DNA of 63,924 nucleotides, counting the filler, from Octopus bimaculoides (Eukaryota), in the NCBI RefSeq assembly GCF_001194135.2. It is 7 parts of 6 records of this genome, joined end to end, with 100 filler letters (N's around TTAATTAATTAA, not from the genome) between each part and the next. Parts side by side here need not be neighbours in the genome. Positions count along the whole stretch, not along the records: positions 47,613 to 60,521 come from NC_068985.1; positions 60,622 to 62,661 come from NC_068985.1; positions 62,762 to 63,924 come from NW_026350889.1; 4 more parts are not named here. The stretch is one strand, 5' to 3'. The translations under genes and the position numbers were made by a program. The notes under the pieces were generated by a model. The model was not told the origin of the DNA. It saw only the letters and a program-made list of their open reading frames with translations, and did not search any database. This document shows, in pieces, positions 59,396 to 63,924 of this stretch (positions within the stretch are counted from its first letter, which is position 1; each line of letters opens with the position of its first letter).

Positions 59396-60621
59396 ATCAG
59401 CTCTTGTGTTCATATTATTTAGTTTATTAGGAAGAAAAAAAAATTTTAAGCTACAGGAAACTAACTGCACTCTTTGTAATGTTATTCACCCATCCATCCT
59501 CCATTCAATGTTTATGACAAAAATGTGTTGAGATAATAGCCAATAATGTAGATATGGTCTCTTTATAATAATAATAATATTTAAAACTTTGATATTGTGT
59601 TTGAGTTGTTCTCTTTAGCTTGTATAATGTATTAAATGCTTTATTTTGGCATTTTCAGTTTCATCTCACTGGGGAAATTAAAAACAAAAATTATACTTGT
59701 TGGTTGTACGGACTACACGCATTTATGTTATCATATGATTGAACGCCACACATCCATTTCCAAGTAAGTTTATCTTAATAATTTTGATGCGACTCTACCC
59801 TGTACTGTTCTCTCTCCCCCTTTTGTTTTCTCTCTTCCTTTCTCTAAATCTTTTTCTCCTCTTTTCCCCTTTCGTTTCTTCTCTCTCATCCTTCTCTAAT
59901 TCTATTTTTCTCCCCTTCATCGTTCTCTCTCTCTCTATCTCTCTCTCTCTCTCTCTCTCCCTCTCTCTCTCTTTCTCTCTCTCTCCCTCTTTCTCCTTTA
60001 CTCTCTCTCATTGCTCACACATGACCGTTGTCCATCTTTCTTTTCCTCATGTGATCATCTCTCTTTTCCTCCAGTCTGTCGTACAGACGACACGCATTCT
60101 TATCTGTCTCCTCTTCTATATTTTCTCTTGTCAAAGATAATATTCCTCCAACGTTCGCTACTTTACCTCATCTGGCCTAACAACCCACCGTATTTGTTTT
60201 CGTTTGGTTTGTTGTATGTCTCCACTGTCCTGTTTTTGTTACCAACTTTGACCCTCTGCAAATCCCAAATTTTATTTTGGTTCGTGGGAGCAACTGCCTT
60301 CGAAGTCTCATATTGTCATTCAATGCACGAAATGAGGAGTAGATAGACAACTGACAACTGATGAAGGGTCGTTCTTTATGTTACTTGTCTTGTTTTCCAT
60401 TGGTTTCTCTCATTGTTCACATACCCTAATTTGTCTTTGTATTTCATATTATTTTCGTATTTCATGTTGTTTATGTTTTGTGACGTGTACCCATATATGC
60501 ATATATATATATATATATATANNNNNNNNNNNNNNNNNNNNNNNNNNNNNNNNNNNNNNNNNNNNTTAATTAATTAANNNNNNNNNNNNNNNNNNNNNNN
60601 NNNNNNNNNNNNNNNNNNNNN

Positions 60622-60694
<73 letters not shown>

Positions 60695-60714
60695 ATGTAT
60701 GTATGTATATATAT

Positions 60715-61110
60715 CGTCATCAGCATTACACATGTCCGTGTTTTGGTTCATCTGGGGCCAAGAACTGCTGGAGAGCATTATGCAGAGTCCAGATGGACTG
60801 TTGGTGTAAATTTGTATTACGATGGTCGACGGTTTGCGAAGCTGATGTTCAGGCACTTCGTTCCAAGGCCTCTCCTGTAGCTCATCCCATGGTTGAGACA
60901 TGGTGGAGCCACGTCGAGCTGCTAAAATCCAGTTCTTTTACGGACGGTCTTAACGCCAGCCCAAATGGCGGTACCAGAGCTCCCTCATCCTATCGCTGCA
61001 AAGTTCTTGATACGCCTTCAAGCGGCCCAGCATCATCGAAGGTCCAACGATATTTCATTCTGCCAAGCGATACCCTACTCTGGAGTCTCCCAGGATCAAT
61101 GAATTGGAAT
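60715..61110 (-). mobile_element. Probable old LINE 3' fragment
   Basis: GC-richer block ending (minus strand) in a TGATGACGA-like tail. Motifs are weak. Confidence 0.3.
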
Positions 61111-61600
61111 TTGGGTCCCATAAATTATATATATATATATATATATCAATATAAAAACTTATATGTAACCCAACCCCTCCCCCTTTTTTAGAAGTTTATA
61201 TGTATATAGGCAAAATAGAAGTTGAAAATGCACTGAGAATAGTTACAATATTTTTTATTAATACATTTAAAACTTTAACCAGTTTCACATTTTACACTGA
61301 TTTTGAAAAGATTCAAATAGAAAGACGTGGCTTATGTCACAGCTGTCTTGCTTCTGACTAGTGTTTGAAGCTTGCCCTATTTTTATTGAAAGTTCATGGC
61401 TCAAATTAGTATATGATTTGAATAGGCTTTGATTGGTAGAGAATAGTCACATGACTGGTCTTAGAAATTTTTGTAGGTTCTCCGCTACCTCCGTGTATTA
61501 TTATCAAGTGACAATGTTTCATGTTGTAAGTTAAGGCTGACACAGTTGACTGAACAAGTCCAAACAATCAATGCTCTGAGTGTTTTCTGCCAGGTGTTTG

Positions 61601-61790
61601 TAGAGATTGAACATATGATTAAGTTTATAATCTTTTGTACGTTTCCTGCTACGTCCATGCGTTAGTGTCACGTGACAGTGTATTTTGCTATAATTAAACA
61701 TGTTCACTCAACCATATCACGTGACTTTAACGCACGACGTAGCGGGAAACGTACAAAAGGTTATAAACTTAATCATCTGTTTATTCTCTA
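61601..61790. mobile_element. Unclassified MITE with ~75-bp imperfect TIRs
   Basis: TA-GAGATTGAACATATGATTAAGTTTATAATCTTTTGTACGTTTCCTGCTACGTC... is inverted to ...GACGTAGCGGGAAACGTACAAAAGGTTATAAACTTAATCATCTGTTTATTCTC-TA. Confidence 0.8.
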
Positions 61791-61891
61791 CCAACATATA
61801 TAGAGAGTGTGTACCAATTAAAATGTTTCTTCACTTGTAATAATGACGGATTACCAGAATGTGAAACCTCTTTGGTGAAGATGCTGTTTTC

Positions 61892-61970
61892 CTGATGAAG
61901 AGGCCATCGTCGCTTTTATGCTTTAATGTGTTAATGGATTGTGGCAGTGGCTTCTGAAACGGCCGTACAG
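61892..61970 (+). ncRNA. Hammerhead-like motif with intact core boxes
   Basis: CTGATGA at 61892-61898, ~15-bp stem II (AGAGGCCATCGTCGC / GTGGCAGTGGCTTCT), GAAA at 61956-61959, palindromic ACGGCCGT stem III, GTA at 61965-61967. Stem I is poor. Confidence 0.5.
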
Positions 61971-62470
61971 TTGAATTCCTCATTGCACTTTATGATGGAA
62001 ATTATACTGGATTCCTGACTTGCATTCTTTCTTGCATTTTACATCGGACATGATCCCTTTTACCTTTAATAGTTTAACTAATTTTTAGTTTTATGTTTTT
62101 TTAAAATTTTTAATCGCCTTACTATATATACATTCATATTTTCTTTAGGTATTTTCTTCATACGCTTTCATAGTATCATTATTTACAGGTTTTTCACGCG
62201 TTTTTATATGTGTATATATGTATATTCTTATACATTCTGGTTTTCAGTGCTGCAGGCCCTGGTATTTTAATATGTATTTATTTATGTTCAAAGGTGTGAA
62301 TATATGGGGATGATATAAATTTGCTTGCCCAATTCTGATGCTTCTTTTTTAACCACTGAGTTTCTCTTTTGCCCCAGTTTTATACTTGAGCACTTCTATT
62401 TGCTGCTGTACATATATTTTATTTTTCGATTCCTATATGGAGAAACGAAATTGAAAAATAATATACTTTG

Positions 62471-62541
<71 letters not shown>

Positions 62542-63202
62542 TAAAATCTGGTAATTAATCATATATTAATTAATATCGATTAATTATCAGGCTGAAGAGG
62601 AATGGACAATCGCAAAGAAAAGACAAACAGGAAAAGATCATCCCATTTATAGTGACACAAANNNNNNNNNNNNNNNNNNNNNNNNNNNNNNNNNNNNNNN
62701 NNNNNTTAATTAATTAANNNNNNNNNNNNNNNNNNNNNNNNNNNNNNNNNNNNNNNNNNNNAATGGAGGAAATTGAAAACGCAAGTTATAGGCAGTCAAA
62801 CAGATCCCCGAACGCATAAATTAGATATATTCAATCAGTGTAATTAAATCATATATATTTATACACATCGACATAAGTCATGCATGCGCAGGCGTAAAGG
62901 TTCTTCAAGGGTATAAAAAAATAAAACCAAACATGCATAAAAACATAGAAGAAATATAAAAGCATATAAACATACATATAAAATTACATATAAATAAAAA
63001 TAACATATAAAGAGTTATGCGTGATAAATATAAGAGGCACAAAACGAACGAGAGGTTGATAAATATGCGAATAAAAACGCCAACCTTTCAAATAGCAAAA
63101 ACCGCCCAAAAATTCTTTATACAGATAGAATATAGAAGATAGAAATGACCTTTTTGATAGGCGGTTCTATATATTTGTATTTTTATTTGCATATATATTT
63201 TT

Positions 63203-63705
63203 GCCGTAGCTCTATATTGCTTATGTGTTCGGGCCGTCTGATTTTAAGTATACTACGCAAGCACCTGTTGATGAATGATTGTATTTGCTTATTTGACTTA
63301 ACTGTTGTTCGCCATGTCTCAGCCCCATACAATAATAAAACCGCTTTTACGTTAGTGTTAAAAATTCTTATTTTGTTCTTTATTGAAATTACACTTGCGC
63401 CCCATACTTTTTTAAACAGTTCCGATTAGGGAGCAAATATTTAAGAAAAAGTGAAAGTGGATTGATAGCACAATTAGAAAAGACACCAAATGTAGCGAAA
63501 AGTGCTTTACAGTGGAATCCGGATGGATATAGAAAGAGGGGTAGGCCTAAGAACTCGTGGCGTAGATCACCACAAAAGGAACTAGAGAAAGGGGGACATT
63601 CATGGCAGAGTATAAGTACAGAAGCGAGAAATTATGCGACATGGAATTCAATTATAAGTGGCCTATACTCCACGTTGGAGGGTTAAAGGCAAGAGAAAGA
63701 GAGAG
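63203..63705 (+). mobile_element. 5'-inverted RTE LINE insertion with 12-bp TSD
   Basis: 63203-~63421 reads on minus (FKKVWG...NVKAVLLLYGAETW...RCLRSILKI..HISNIEL). ~63422-63705 reads on plus (PIREQI..K*KWI...ALQWNPDGYRKRGRPKNSWRR...LEG* plus a GA-rich tail). TSD ATATATATTTTT at 63191-63202 and 63706-63717. Confidence 0.88.
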
Positions 63706-63924
63706 ATATATATTTTTAACTTGTGTTTTTTGTATATGTATATTTTTATATGTTGAAGAACCATGGTAATATTTATATATGATCAAATTGTTTGAGGTAT
63801 GTTGTTATATATAAAGTCGTCGACTCGCATTTGATGTTTGTTCTATGATCAATGTTTTTTTATCTCTGTCTCAATTACATTTGAACACTTCTTTTTTGCA
63901 GTCCTATAAACCCTTTTGTTTCCA

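Noticed and set aside
59659-59763. AG...GTAAGT-bounded open segment compatible in phase with the 25474 exon
   Set aside because: The joined peptide (C-FISLGKLK...) has no Rdx similarity, so this is probably chance splice-like sequence.
18328-62717. TTAATTAATTAA recurring six times inside ~100-nt N runs (18328, 26683, 33442, 47557, 60566, 62706)
   Set aside because: Always centred in N padding and encodes stops in all six frames, so it is a scaffolding spacer, not biology.
63145-63429. 94-aa plus-strand ORF
   Set aside because: It is the antisense shadow of the inverted RTE segment.

Overview
AT-rich, gap-ridden eukaryotic scaffold dominated by microsatellites and decayed transposable elements. 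The repeat families look cephalopod (octopus-like); this is an inference, not a database result. None of the long ORFs in the supplied track is a convincing host gene. Reading splice signals directly gives two short host-gene first coding exons facing away from each other. One is an ABCC/MRP1-like exon on the minus strand (3063-3119, MGKHNETDFEYFCGGTPIW then GTAAGT). The other is a 29-nt Rdx-family (selenoprotein W/MIEN1-like) exon on the plus strand (25474-25502, MGVHVLIEY-TG then GTAAGT), just downstream of a GC-box/CCAAT/CRE-like promoter. The rest comprises three tRNA-derived SINE families (many copies), RTE, R4/Dong-like and CRE-like LINE fragments, Penelope-like elements, mariner relics, and MITEs/foldbacks with mariner-, piggyBac-, hAT-, Kolobok- and EnSpm-like ends. 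The most interesting observations are a tRNA-headed element carrying a minimal hammerhead ribozyme next to a Penelope tail (plus other hammerhead-like motifs), a 5'-inverted (twin-priming-like) RTE insertion with a perfect 12-bp TSD, a full-length mariner nested in a SINE's internal microsatellite, and a stack of R4-like elements at (TAA)n arrays. Repeat boundaries are approximate unless TIR/TSD positions are given.
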